A program made the translations under genes and the position numbers. DNA of 64,000 bases from contig CAVZZO010000003.1 in NCBI GenBank assembly GCA_963779755.1, forward strand, positions 288,001 to 352,000, written 5' to 3'. Every line of letters starts with the position of its first letter. Position 1 is the stretch's first letter. Source of the stretch: an uncultured Gemmatimonadales bacterium (GTDB taxonomy: Bacteria > Gemmatimonadota > Gemmatimonadetes > Gemmatimonadales > GWC2-71-9). This document shows, piece by piece, positions 1 through 9,138 of this stretch. A model generated the notes under the pieces. It was not told where the DNA came from. It saw only the letters and a program-made list of their open reading frames with translations, and ran no database searches.

Positions 1-169
1 GCTGGTGCACGAACTCCGTGTAGGTGAATTCCTGGGTCGGGCTGCTCTGCCGGCGCATCATCTGAAAGAGCGCCAGGGCAAGCAGGCCCACGAGAACCCA
101 CAAGGCAACGTTCTTGGTCAGGTTGCCCCAGTTCGGGCCTTGCGGGCGGGGAGGTAGTCGTTCAGCCAT
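1..169 (-). CDS. ftsH: ATP-dependent zinc metalloprotease FtsH, 5' part (runs off the window)
   Basis: Manual translation from the ATG at 169: MAERLPPRPQGPNWGNLTKNVALWVLVGLLALALFQMM...EFTYTEFVHQ, an FtsH-type N-terminal TM plus 'YSEF'-like motif. Canonical tilS-hpt-ftsH synteny. Confidence 0.85.
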   Translation of the reverse strand, partial: MAERLPPRPQGPNWGNLTKNVALWVLVGLLALALFQMMRRQSSPTQEFTYTEFVHQ

Positions 170-727
170 CTATTCCAAATCCGCGATAAACGGGAGATGC
201 CGGTAATTCTCCGCGTGGTCCAGTCCGTAGCCCACCAGAAAGGCCGGCGGAGCCTTGAAGCCGACAAACCGGATTTCCTCCGGCGGGTCGACGGCGATCT
301 GCTTGTCCAGCAGGGCGCAGATCGCCAGGCTCCTGGGCTTACGGGCCCGCAGAACCTGCACGAGCCTGCGTAACGTCTGTCCTGAATCAATAATATCCTC
401 AACCAGCAGGATATGTTGGCCTTCCAACCGGGTTTCGGGGTCGTAGACCAGGTGTACATCGCCGCTGCTGACCTTCCGCGCGCCATAGCTCGAGGCGACC
501 AGAAAGTCGACCTGCAGCGGGCGCTCGATCTGGCGGACCAGGTCGCCCAGAAAAATGAAGCTCCCCTTGAGCAGCCCCAGCACCAGCAGCGGCCCATCGG
601 GATAGGCCTCGGTAATCTCCTGGCCCAGCTCGCGGACCCGGCCCGCCACCGTCTCCTCGTCGAACACGATGGACTTGATCGGTTGGCCGCCGGTCCGGCG
701 GAGAACCTCAGCCGAGTGTGACGTCAA
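170..727 (-). CDS. hpt: Hypoxanthine phosphoribosyltransferase
   Basis: LLVLGLLKGSFIF, VASSYG, PRPP-binding LLVEDIIDSGQTL, FLVGYGLD. Start near TTG 727 is approximate. Confidence 0.95.
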   Translation of the reverse strand: MTSHSAEVLRRTGGQPIKSIVFDEETVAGRVRELGQEITEAYPDGPLLVLGLLKGSFIFLGDLVRQIERPLQVDFLVASSYGARKVSSGDVHLVYDPETRLEGQHILLVEDIIDSGQTLRRLVQVLRARKPRSLAICALLDKQIAVDPPEEIRFVGFKAPPAFLVGYGLDHAENYRHLPFIADLE

Positions 728-2030
728 CACGCAGAGCCTCCGCTCCCGCCCGGGGTAGACGATGATCCGACCGGCACACGCCGGGGACCCACACCACGCC
801 ATCTGCCGCCACCAGCACCGGCCAGCGCTCCCGCCGGTGCCGCGGCACGCGCGCGTCCTGGAAGCAGCGGACCACGAGCCGGTTTCCGATGCCCCCGACC
901 GGCCGCAGCCGATCGCCGGGCCGCCAGGGCCGGACGGCGAGCTCGCCGGGACTGAACCAGGCCCGCAGTGCCATCCGTTCCTGTCGTGCCGGAGCGATTT
1001 CGCCGCTCCAGCGGAAGCGCCACCGGCCCCATTCCTGCGCGCCAGCCTCGCCGTCCAGGGGCCACTGCTCCCCGGGCGATGGAGACGGCGGCTCCACGAA
1101 ATGCGCCCGGCCGAACGCGAGCGCCAGGGCCCATCCACTCCCCAGTTCCACCCGCGCGCCACTGGCGCCGCGACGGAGAAACCGGACCACCCGCTCCGCC
1201 CGCCGCGGGCCCAACCGGCACCCGGCGCGCCGCGCAGCCGCCATCAGCAGGGCGGTCAGCAGCGGCGAATCATACCCGGCGGTTCCGGCCACAGCAACCG
1301 AAGCGCCGTCGACCTCCTGCCGCCAGTCAATGCCCGGGAGGCGCTCGAGCGCCTGGTCCCACGCGGCCCGATCCAGTGCCGCCTGGGCCGCGGTGCCGGT
1401 GAGCCTCGCGTGGAGATCGGGCACGCGAGCCTCGATGCCGGGCAGCACCCGCTGCCTGAGCCAGCTCCGCAGGTGGCGCGGATCGTGGTTGGCCGGATCG
1501 TCCCACACGTCCAGTCCACGTTCGAGCACATACCGCGCCAGTTCCTCGCGCCTGAATGGCAGGAGCGGGCGAACCAGCGATCCCGCCACCGCGGCCATTC
1601 CCGCCAACCCGGCGGGTCCGGAGCCATGCAACAGCCGCAGTACCACTGTTTCTACCTGATCATCCGCCTGATGCGCGGTGATAAGATACCCGGCGCCGGC
1701 TGATTGTCTGACCCGCTCCAGCCAGCGGTAACGGCGCTCGCGGGCGACGGTCTCCCCCGCCATCGGGCCCAGGTTCAGCTCGACGCTATAAAAAGGAAGG
1801 GAGACGTCGGCGGCACGGCGCCGCACCAGATCGGCCACCCCGGCACTCCCGGGGTGGATGCCGTGGTCGGCGTGCGCCACCAGCAATTCGAGGCCATGGG
1901 CCGCTCGGCTGGCCAGCAGGAGATCGAGCAGCGCGGCGGAATCGGCGCCGCCCGAGACGGCCACCAGGGCGCGGCCGGGAGCCAGGCCCAACGTGGCCAG
2001 ATGCCGGGTAAAGCGCTCCAGCAGATCCAT
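708..2030 (-). CDS. tilS: tRNA(Ile)-lysidine synthetase
   Basis: PP-loop VAVSGGADS, HADHG, TAHQADDQVET, RPLL, DDPAN, plus the TilS C-terminal domain. Confidence 0.95.
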   Translation of the reverse strand: MDLLERFTRHLATLGLAPGRALVAVSGGADSAALLDLLLASRAAHGLELLVAHADHGIHPGSAGVADLVRRRAADVSLPFYSVELNLGPMAGETVARERRYRWLERVRQSAGAGYLITAHQADDQVETVVLRLLHGSGPAGLAGMAAVAGSLVRPLLPFRREELARYVLERGLDVWDDPANHDPRHLRSWLRQRVLPGIEARVPDLHARLTGTAAQAALDRAAWDQALERLPGIDWRQEVDGASVAVAGTAGYDSPLLTALLMAAARRAGCRLGPRRAERVVRFLRRGASGARVELGSGWALALAFGRAHFVEPPSPSPGEQWPLDGEAGAQEWGRWRFRWSGEIAPARQERMALRAWFSPGELAVRPWRPGDRLRPVGGIGNRLVVRCFQDARVPRHRRERWPVLVAADGVVWVPGVCRSDHRLPRAGAEALRVDVTLG

Positions 2031-2115
2031 ACCGAAAGATAACCGTAGGCACCGGGATTCGGGGCGTCAGCACCCCCTTCGCCTCCGAAGAACCGGTGGC
2101 GCCGCCCCTTGGCGG

Positions 2116-2790
2116 CTACCCCCCGGCCTCCCTCGTCCGGCTGGCCCCAGGGCCGGACCGGCGACGCCGGATTTCCAGCGCCACCCGGGCCTCGATCATC
2201 TCCACGCCGATCCGGTTCTGCCCGCCCTCCGGCAGGATGATGTCGGCGTAACGTTTCTGCGGCTCGACAAACTCGAGGTGCATGGGCCGCACGGTGGAGA
2301 GGTACTGGTCGATGATCGAATCGAGCGAGCGGCCGCGCTCGGTCAGGTCCCGCTGGAGGCGCCGGATGAACCGGACGTCGTCGGCCACGTCGACGAAAAT
2401 GCGAATATCGAACAACGCACGCAGCGCCGGATCGGTGAAGAGCAGAATGCCCTCCACCAGAATCACGTCGCGCGGCTCGACCCGCACGGTGCCGGAGGCG
2501 CGGGTATGCGCGACGAAATCGTAGGTGGGCTTCTCCACCGGCTGCCATGCCGTCAGGGCCTGGAGATGCCGCACCAGGAGCGGCATGTCGAGAGCGTCGG
2601 GATGGTCGAAATTGACCCTGCGTCGCTCCTCCAGCGGAAGCGCGCCGAGATCGCGATAGTACGCGTCCTGGTCGAGCAGCAGCGCGTCCAGGCCCAGCGA
2701 CTGGTGGATGGCGCGGGCCACCGTGGTCTTGCCCGAACCCGTTCCACCCGCCACGCCGATCAGCAGCGGGCGCGGTATGAGAGCGTTCAT
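2116..2790 (-). CDS. udk: Uridine kinase
   Basis: IGVAGGTGSGKTT, DAYY, NFDHPDA, ILVEGIL, RRLQRD..ERGR. True start MNALIPRP at 2790. Confidence 0.95.
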   Translation of the reverse strand: MNALIPRPLLIGVAGGTGSGKTTVARAIHQSLGLDALLLDQDAYYRDLGALPLEERRRVNFDHPDALDMPLLVRHLQALTAWQPVEKPTYDFVAHTRASGTVRVEPRDVILVEGILLFTDPALRALFDIRIFVDVADDVRFIRRLQRDLTERGRSLDSIIDQYLSTVRPMHLEFVEPQKRYADIILPEGGQNRIGVEMIEARVALEIRRRRSGPGASRTREAGG

Positions 2791-3686
2791 GCGGCGCTCC
2801 GCCGGCGGCGGATCAGCTCCGCCGCGGTGATGCAGGCAACCAGCCACACCGTCCCCGCACCATAGCCGGCAACCACATCGCTGAAGTAGTGCACCCCCAG
2901 GTACACCCGGCTGAAGCCGATGAAGAGCACCAGCAGCGCCAGCGCCGGCACCACCCAGCGCGCCACCTGGCGGGAGAAGGCGAGGGTGATCAGATAGGCC
3001 AGCAGACCGTAGGTGATCAGGGAAACCATGGCGTGGCCGCTGGGAAAGCTCCAGGAGCGATAGGTAGCCGCAAACTCGGGACGGGCCCGCTGGAAGATCC
3101 ACTTCAACAGCTGGTTCAGCAGTCCGCCGCCGGCCAGTCCGGCGACCCAGACGGCCAGAAGATAATTCTGCCGTTCGAAGAGCAGCAGAAGCCCGGTGGC
3201 AATCCCGACCACGGTCACCGTGAAGCTCGACCCCAGGAGCGTAATCCGGAGCAACCAGCGAGTAAGCCCGGCGGTTCCATGCTGGTGCAATGCCAGCGTG
3301 AGCGCCAGGTCGAACCGGGTCAGCCCGGTCTGGCCCACAATGCGCTGGGCCAGGACTACGAAGAGAATGATCCCCGCGCTGGCGAAGAACCCCGCCGCCA
3401 GGTGAAAGCCCAGATATTCGCCGGGGGTAAGCCGACGGCGCAGAAACGCGAAGAGACGCGGATACCTGTGACGCAGGACCGCCACCGGCGGCTGGCGACG
3501 CAACCAGGCCCAGCCCTTCCCGGCAACGCGCCAGACCAGCCCGCGATGCCCCACCAGCCAGGGCCCGAGCACCGAAGCGGCAAGGTAGACAATGGCCGCC
3601 AGGACGAAGACGCCGAACACGGCCGCCAACGCATGGCGGCTGATCAGCTCGACCAGGAAGCGACCGGGGTAGCCCGCGCTTGGCAC
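2787..3686 (-). CDS. PAP2-family membrane phosphatase
   Basis: KWIFQRARP, SFPSGH and SRVYLGVHYFSDV motifs with multiple TM helices. Confidence 0.9.
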   Translation of the reverse strand: MPSAGYPGRFLVELISRHALAAVFGVFVLAAIVYLAASVLGPWLVGHRGLVWRVAGKGWAWLRRQPPVAVLRHRYPRLFAFLRRRLTPGEYLGFHLAAGFFASAGIILFVVLAQRIVGQTGLTRFDLALTLALHQHGTAGLTRWLLRITLLGSSFTVTVVGIATGLLLLFERQNYLLAVWVAGLAGGGLLNQLLKWIFQRARPEFAATYRSWSFPSGHAMVSLITYGLLAYLITLAFSRQVARWVVPALALLVLFIGFSRVYLGVHYFSDVVAGYGAGTVWLVACITAAELIRRRRSAA

Positions 3687-3693
3687 GGGCAGG

Positions 3694-4131
3694 TCAGGGC
3701 CGCAGCCGCCGTTCCAGGCGGGACACCAGCCGGAGGATCAGCAGCACCAGCAGGGTGGCGCCACCCGCGATGACATAGTATCGAAGTCCGGACGCCATTC
3801 CCACCGCCGCAGCCACCCAGATTCCGGCGGCTGTGGTCAGGCCGTGCACCTCGCCCTGCTTCCGCTGGACGAAGATGGTCCCGGCGCCGAGAAAGCCGAC
3901 ACCGGTGGCGATCGCCTGCACCAGGCGGATGGGATCATAGCTCATCCCCACGGGGCCCTGCTCCCGGATCAGCAGCTCCCCCACGACACAGAACAGCGCC
4001 GATCCGACGCCTACCATCATGTAGGTGCGCAGCCCGGCGGACTTGCCCGCGCTCTCACGCTCCCAGCCGAGGAGGCCGGTCAGCACTCCCGCCACCAGCA
4101 GACGCAGCAGAAGATCGAAACGAGGGTCCAC
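3694..4131 (-). CDS. MgtC/SapB family membrane protein
   Basis: LGWERE..GKSAGLRT, DPIRL, GVGFLGAG, GLTTAAGIW. Confidence 0.93.
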   Translation of the reverse strand: MDPRFDLLLRLLVAGVLTGLLGWERESAGKSAGLRTYMMVGVGSALFCVVGELLIREQGPVGMSYDPIRLVQAIATGVGFLGAGTIFVQRKQGEVHGLTTAAGIWVAAAVGMASGLRYYVIAGGATLLVLLILRLVSRLERRLRP

Positions 4132-4168
4132 CGGGCCTCCTCGATTGGGAGTGGGGCCTGCCGGCGGC

Positions 4169-4570
4169 CTACTCCAGCGAGCGCGCGGCGCGCTCCAGCT
4201 TGATGCGGGCTTCGCTGGCCAGCTCTCGCAGGTGCGGGTCCTGCTCCAGGTCTCCCACCCCCATGAGCACGTCGGGATTGCCGATCCGCACCAGACTCCC
4301 GTCGCCTGCCGCCTCGACCGTCACATTGCAGGGCAGCAGCAGACCGGCCTCGGCCTTCCGTTGCAGCGCCCGATGGGCCAGGGATGGATTACAGGCGCCG
4401 AGAATGACGTAGGGGCGGAAATCGGCGTTGATTTTCTCGCGCAGGACCTGCTGGACGTCAATCCGGGTGAGCACCCCGAAGCCCTCGGCTTTGAGAGCTT
4501 CCGTCACCCGCTCGATGGCCTGGTCGAGCGGCAGCTGCAGCCGGACCTCGAACCCGAGACCACTCGGCAT
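4169..4570 (-). CDS. DUF302 domain protein
   Basis: EGFGVLTRID, YVILGACNP, GLLLPCNV. Confidence 0.9.
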   Translation of the reverse strand: MPSGLGFEVRLQLPLDQAIERVTEALKAEGFGVLTRIDVQQVLREKINADFRPYVILGACNPSLAHRALQRKAEAGLLLPCNVTVEAAGDGSLVRIGNPDVLMGVGDLEQDPHLRELASEARIKLERAARSLE

Positions 4571-4582
4571 AAGGACCTCCCC

Positions 4583-5347
4583 TCAGTGTTCCTTCGGGCT
4601 GAAGCGCTCCAGACACTCGCGTTCGCCCGCCGTCAGACTGGCCAACCCGCTCCGGCTGATCTTGTCCAGAATGCGGTCGACCTCTTCCCGGTTTACCTCG
4701 TGCAGCCGCTCGCGCGGGATCCGGGCCCAGCGCTGCAGCGCGCCCAGGTCGGCGTTCGTCCTCTGAACTGAAGGTGCGGCCGCCTGCTTGCGGAACTTGT
4801 GGGCGGGCGAGCGGTACTCCCAGATGCGGAGAAAAAGAAACGCACCCGCGAAGCCGCCCAGGTGGGCATAATGGGCGATGCCCTGGCCGCCGAAGCCGAA
4901 GAGCGACATTACGGTCATCAGGACGATCAGCAGCCACGCCTCGATGGGCAGGACACCCCAGATATACAGCCGCTCGCGGGGCCAGTAGCGGGCGAATGCC
5001 AGAAACACCCCGAACACGCCGGCCGACGCACCGATAATGGCCGCGCCCGGGGTGATGAGCAGCGACAGCAACGCACCGGAAATGCCGCTCACAAAGTACA
5101 GGCCCAGAAAGGCCGGGCCGCCCAGGCGCATCTCCACCCGGGGGCCCAGAAAGTACAGCCCCAGCATATTGAAAAGGATGTGCCACAGGCCGCCATGAAC
5201 GAACATGTAGGTCACGATCGTCCAGGGGTGAGTGGCCAGCAGCGGAGGGTAGAAGGCCAGCGCATCGGTCAGGCCAGGCCCCAGCGTCTGCTGCAGGAAG
5301 AACACCATGGCATTCGCGACCATCAGTCGCAGCACCCAGCGGCTCAT
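4583..5347 (-). CDS. Rhomboid family intramembrane serine protease
   Basis: PWTIVTYMFVH, HILFNM, catalytic GASAG and AHLGG, C-terminal VDRILDKISRSG domain. Start taken at MSRWVLRL. Confidence 0.92.
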   Translation of the reverse strand: MSRWVLRLMVANAMVFFLQQTLGPGLTDALAFYPPLLATHPWTIVTYMFVHGGLWHILFNMLGLYFLGPRVEMRLGGPAFLGLYFVSGISGALLSLLITPGAAIIGASAGVFGVFLAFARYWPRERLYIWGVLPIEAWLLIVLMTVMSLFGFGGQGIAHYAHLGGFAGAFLFLRIWEYRSPAHKFRKQAAAPSVQRTNADLGALQRWARIPRERLHEVNREEVDRILDKISRSGLASLTAGERECLERFSPKEH

Positions 5348-5388
5348 GCTGCGAAGGCTAAAGCCATTCCGGGCCAGCGGGTAGGGGC

Positions 5389-5703
5389 CTAGTCGGTGTC
5401 CTCTTCGGCCGCCTCGCCGTGCTTCACGATATCGCCCGGCTGGAAGAGGATATCCTGCAGGGTCCGGCGCCACGCCGGACGGCGGCGCAACAGGAACTCG
5501 AGATCCATGCCGAAATGCTTGAATTCCTCCTGCTGCGCGTTGCGCATGATAGCCCGGGCCTCGCGGTCGGTTTCCACCGCCATACGCTGCTCGTACCAGC
5601 CGATGGCTTCGGCCTCCTCGATCAGCGACACCATCATCCGGGCGAAGGTGCGCGTCTCGGCCGGCAGTTCTCCGGGCGGTTCATGGTACTGGTCGAATCC
5701 CAT
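5389..5703 (-). CDS. Encapsulin-associated-type ferritin-like protein (EncFtn family), no targeting peptide
   Basis: YHEP...SLIEEAEAIGWYEQR...EEFKH..M.LE.L.R matches the EncFtn half-ferritin pattern (EExEAxxWYxQR / EExxH). Confidence 0.85.
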   Translation of the reverse strand: MGFDQYHEPPGELPAETRTFARMMVSLIEEAEAIGWYEQRMAVETDREARAIMRNAQQEEFKHFGMDLEFLLRRRPAWRRTLQDILFQPGDIVKHGEAAEEDTD

Positions 5704-5732
5704 GGTTCTCGGTTCTCGCTGGAAGGTGAAGG

Positions 5733-6134
5733 TCAGGCGCCGGTGCCGCCGTGCCCCAGCCGGAGCGCGGCGGAGTTGAGGCAGTAGCGCAGCCCGGTAG
5801 GCGCGGGCCCGTCGCCGAACACGTGTCCCAGATGCGCCCCGCAGCCGGCGCAGCTGATTTCCCTGCGGCGCATCCCATGACTCGGGTCGGTGGTCATCGA
5901 GACATTGGCCGCGGTATGGGGAGCGTAGAAGCTCGGCCAGCCCGTGCCTGAATCGAACTTGTGCTCCGAGGAGAAGAGGGGAAGCCCACAGCAGACGCAG
6001 CGATAGACTCCCGCCTCTTTGCAGTCCCAGTACTCCCCGGTGAACGGCAGTTCCGTCCCGTGCTCCTGGGTGACGCGGTATTGTTCCGGCGTCAGCTGGG
6101 TCCGCATGGCTTCATCCCGCCCTTTGGGACTCAT
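5733..6134 (-). CDS. msrB: Peptide-methionine (R)-S-oxide reductase
   Basis: [36 protein letters not shown], Zn-binding CxxC pairs. Confidence 0.96.
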   Translation of the reverse strand: MSPKGRDEAMRTQLTPEQYRVTQEHGTELPFTGEYWDCKEAGVYRCVCCGLPLFSSEHKFDSGTGWPSFYAPHTAANVSMTTDPSHGMRRREISCAGCGAHLGHVFGDGPAPTGLRYCLNSAALRLGHGGTGA

Positions 6135-6206
6135 GATTCCCCCTCTCGAAATGCCTGCCGTATGCTGCGGCGCCGTGCGGCGCGACGCTACGCGCCAGAT
6201 CACACC

Positions 6207-6677
6207 TCAGGCGAGCCGCCCCCGCCGCACCGCATGGATGAAATCCGTGTAGGCCGGTTCCCCTCCGGACTCGCGAACCCGGACGGCGATCTGGCCCCGG
6301 TGGTAGGATCCATGAAGCACGACGTGGAGGACGATGTCATCGACGCGGTTGCGCCATGCCTCGCCCTTGGAGTTGGTGTACGCCACGTCGCGGCCCGATG
6401 TGCCCGGAGTTTCCAGCGATGCCAGCACCGAATCCCAGCGCGACGGCAGCGCTGCGAGGCGAGTTGCACACTCCTCCAGCGTCCAGCGAGGCCAGACCGG
6501 CAGGGTGGGCGCGCTCGGCGCGATCCTCCCCAGCCACAGGTGCTCCGCCGCCACGATATGCGCCAGCAGCCGCGCCGGCTCGGACAGGTCGCCGGGCTCC
6601 TGCTTCAACCCTTCCAGCACTTCACGGTTGGCCCAATGATTGTGCCGCAACATGCGCCTGGCGTGCGTAAGGTCCAT
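6207..6677 (-). CDS. DinB family protein
   Basis: HNHWAN, LAHIVAAEHLW, HVVLHGSYHRGQ His triad. Confidence 0.9.
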   Translation of the reverse strand: MDLTHARRMLRHNHWANREVLEGLKQEPGDLSEPARLLAHIVAAEHLWLGRIAPSAPTLPVWPRWTLEECATRLAALPSRWDSVLASLETPGTSGRDVAYTNSKGEAWRNRVDDIVLHVVLHGSYHRGQIAVRVRESGGEPAYTDFIHAVRRGRLA

Positions 6678-6876
6678 CACTTCCTCCAGGTGACCGATTC
6701 CCGGCCTGTCTCGCCCGTGGCACACCCCTGTCCTCCTCCGGTATTCTCCCGCAGGCCGGGCAGGAAACCCAGGAGGGGTGTCGGGGCGACACCGGGCAGT
6801 GAACCCCCCGGAGGTGACCCCCTAGCTACTTGTCACAGAACGACTTGGAGCAACAGTGACAGTTGGCACACCCATT

Positions 6877-6893
6877 GGGGTACGGCGATTGCT
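6877..6893 (+). promoter_or_regulatory. Candidate sigma54 (-24/-12) promoter
   Basis: GGGGTACGGCGATTGCT gives GG-N10-GC, close to TGGCACG-N4-TTGC, 37 nt upstream of the ATG at 6931. Confidence 0.45.
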
Positions 6894-6930
6894 ACCTTTC
6901 AGCCGCCATGCACCTTCCTGTGAGGGCGCT

Positions 6931-7371
6931 ATGAAGAGGATAGCGACAGTGCAGCATCTCAAAGTACCGGGGCTTCTGTGGATGGTCGTGCTCGCGCTGG
7001 CATATGCCACGCCGGCGGCGGCGCAGCAGCCGTCGGTGCGTACGGTCATGAAGAAGCTGGGCGTTCCTGCCGAGGCCCTGAGCCAGGTGCAGGTCACGTC
7101 CATTCAGATCGATTGCCGCCCGGCCGCATCGGGCACGCAATGCGACGCGATCTATCCTACCAGTTCGGCGGAGGTTTGCCGGGCGGTCGCGGTGCAGGAA
7201 GGCATGACGCGGCGGAACCGGCAGATGGACGCCGGCGAATCGCCGATCATCCGCTTGACCGTTCAGTGCGCCGACGGGATGTCGGTGCTGTTCCAGGCGG
7301 ACGGGCGCACGGCCATCATGGGCTATCGCGACGGCCACGGTAACAGCGGACAGCATCAGATCCCGCTCTGA
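6931..7371 (+). CDS. Hypothetical secreted protein
   Basis: Signal-peptide-like N-terminus (WMVVLALAYATPAAAQQ) and four Cys. The only plus-strand gene in this block. No family recognised. Confidence 0.65.
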   Translation: MKRIATVQHLKVPGLLWMVVLALAYATPAAAQQPSVRTVMKKLGVPAEALSQVQVTSIQIDCRPAASGTQCDAIYPTSSAEVCRAVAVQEGMTRRNRQMDAGESPIIRLTVQCADGMSVLFQADGRTAIMGYRDGHGNSGQHQIPL

Positions 7372-7375
7372 TTTC

Positions 7376-7930
7376 TCAGGACGCTGGAGCAGCAGGCGCG
7401 GGGCCGGCATCACCGGATGCCGGCCCCGCGCGCATCGGAACATGGCGGATCTGCAATGAGACGGTCTTGCTACCGCCATCGGTGTCCTGTCGGCCCACCT
7501 CGCGAAACCCCTGGGCCGCGTGAAACGCCAGCGACCCCGGATTGGGCGGCCGCAGGTTTACCTCGCAGGTGAGCAGTTCGACCGTTGAACCGGCGCGCGA
7601 CAGCAGTTCGCGATAGAGCGCGGCGCCGACTCCGCGGCCCCGCATATCCCGCCGCACCACGATCCGATCGATATAGAGAAAGCCGGCGTACCGGCTGCGA
7701 AACCAGAGAAAGTTCGGACTGTCGTACGCGGCCTCCGGCGGCAAGACCAGGAGGAATCCCACCAGCCGGCCGCCGGAGTCCGCTACCAGAAATTCGCGCG
7801 CCGCGCCGGCCAGCCAGCGGAGCCGGTCCGCGGAGATGGCGTTGACCGCCGGCGGCGCCGTATTGTTGAGCGCGAGCACGCCAGGAAGATCGGCCGCCGT
7901 CGCGCTGCGCACCCGCACCGGCTCGCCCAT
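7376..7930 (-). CDS. GNAT family N-acetyltransferase
   Basis: YDSPNF.WF, YIDRIVV...RGRGVG, CEVN..PPN..SLAFH..GFREVG. Confidence 0.9.
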   Translation of the reverse strand: MGEPVRVRSATAADLPGVLALNNTAPPAVNAISADRLRWLAGAAREFLVADSGGRLVGFLLVLPPEAAYDSPNFLWFRSRYAGFLYIDRIVVRRDMRGRGVGAALYRELLSRAGSTVELLTCEVNLRPPNPGSLAFHAAQGFREVGRQDTDGGSKTVSLQIRHVPMRAGPASGDAGPAPAAPAS

Positions 7931-7935
7931 CCTCG

Positions 7936-8394
7936 TCAGCGCTCCGCGAAGGCCACGTAGCGGCCGCTGAAACGGGCCAGCACGTCCGCTCCGCCCCGCA
8001 CCTCGACCTCAAGGGCAATCCGCCCGCGCCCGTGTCGCCGCAGGGCGCTCAGTAACCGTTCCAGACCGACCGCCGGAATGGTGCAGCCGGCGTGGAAGTC
8101 CTCCAGGATCGGCCGCTGATATGCCATCCGGCTGTCCTGGATCACCACATGTGCGGCGAGCCTGGCGCGTCGCAGCGAGAGCCAGACCGCCGACCATCCC
8201 GCCAGGGTGGCCAGCGCGTGTACGCTGCCGGCGAAGGCGGTGCCCTCGTGGTTCACGTTCACCGCCAGCGGCGCCGCGAGCACCAGACGATTCCCGTCCC
8301 AGGCCACCGGGTGAATACCCAGATGGTGAGAAACAGGGATCTCGCCGCGCAGCTTGGCGGCCAGCGCAACCAGTTCCTGTTCCGGCTCAGGCAT
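7936..8394 (-). CDS. Hotdog-fold thioesterase (YiiD C-terminal-like)
   Basis: EIPVS..LGI, APLAVNVNHEGTAFAGS...LAGW, VVIQ...Y.RPI. Confidence 0.85.
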   Translation of the reverse strand: MPEPEQELVALAAKLRGEIPVSHHLGIHPVAWDGNRLVLAAPLAVNVNHEGTAFAGSVHALATLAGWSAVWLSLRRARLAAHVVIQDSRMAYQRPILEDFHAGCTIPAVGLERLLSALRRHGRGRIALEVEVRGGADVLARFSGRYVAFAER

Positions 8395-8764
8395 TGCCAC
8401 TACCGGCAGGCGCGGCGGGGCGCCGAGACCTTGGCTTCCAGCCATAGCGGTCGAGATCGATGCGGCCACGACCGTCAAACCGGACGCCCTCGCGTTCCAG
8501 CAGCAGTCGCTGCGACAGGCCGCCCCCGGGAGGCAGACTGATCCGGCCGGCGGCATTCACTACCCGATGCCAGGGAACGGCCCGGGCGGGGGTAAGGGCA
8601 TGCAGGGCGTAGCCCACCTGGCGCGCGCCCCGCGGAATGCCTCCCGCGAGCCCAGCCACTTGGCCGTAGGTCGCCACCCGCCCCCGGGGAATCCGGCGTA
8701 CCACGGCGTAGATGCGGGAATAGGTGTCCGATGTGGCCCCCGCGGCGGCGCGGCCCCCCCTCAC
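8387..8764 (-). CDS. Alkyltransferase-like protein (MGMT family, ATL/YbaZ type)
   Basis: IPRGRVATYGQVA and ARQVG. PWHRVV has Trp in place of the catalytic Cys of PCHRV. Confidence 0.9.
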   Translation of the reverse strand: MRGGRAAAGATSDTYSRIYAVVRRIPRGRVATYGQVAGLAGGIPRGARQVGYALHALTPARAVPWHRVVNAAGRISLPPGGGLSQRLLLEREGVRFDGRGRIDLDRYGWKPRSRRPAAPAGSGNA

Positions 8765-9048
8765 GGTGCGGTCCGGTTACGGTCGCCGTGCTGGTAGAAC
8801 CTGCCCCGCTTCACCACCAGGAGGACGGTCCGGGTGTTCCGGATGTCCTGCAGTGGATCGGCTTCCAGGACGAGCAGGTCGGCAATCCTGCCGGGCTGGA
8901 TGCTGCCCAGGGAGTCCTGCTGTCCATCCAGCACCACGCCGCCGGTAAGGGCTACGGGTGCGTCGTCCGGCGGCCAAGCCTGCGTGCGGGATACCGTGGG
9001 AAAAAGCAGGGCGGCGGCAATGCCGACTAACCTGAGTTTCCACATCAT
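8761..9048 (-). pseudogene. Secreted amidohydrolase relic (N- and C-terminal beta-strands fused, catalytic barrel missing)
   Basis: Signal peptide plus VALTGGVVLDG joined in frame to LGSIQPGRIADLLVLEADPLQDIRNTRTVLLVVKRGRFY. No HxH metal motif. Confidence 0.75.
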
Positions 9049-9093
9049 GTCACACGATTTAACTGACTATAGAGAAAGATGTTGCGTCGGCCG

Positions 9094-9107
9094 ATGTTAA
9101 TTAACAT
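9094..9107. promoter_or_regulatory. AT-rich perfect palindrome, candidate operator
   Basis: ATGTTAATTAACAT, 45 nt upstream of the amidohydrolase relic start. Confidence 0.5.
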
Positions 9108-9138
9108 GACCAGTGGCTGGCTGCCACGTCAGGTCCCG

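Noticed and set aside
8387..8764. Active O6-methylguanine methyltransferase (ogt)
   Set aside because: The active-site motif is PWHRV rather than PCHRV, so it is a non-catalytic ATL.
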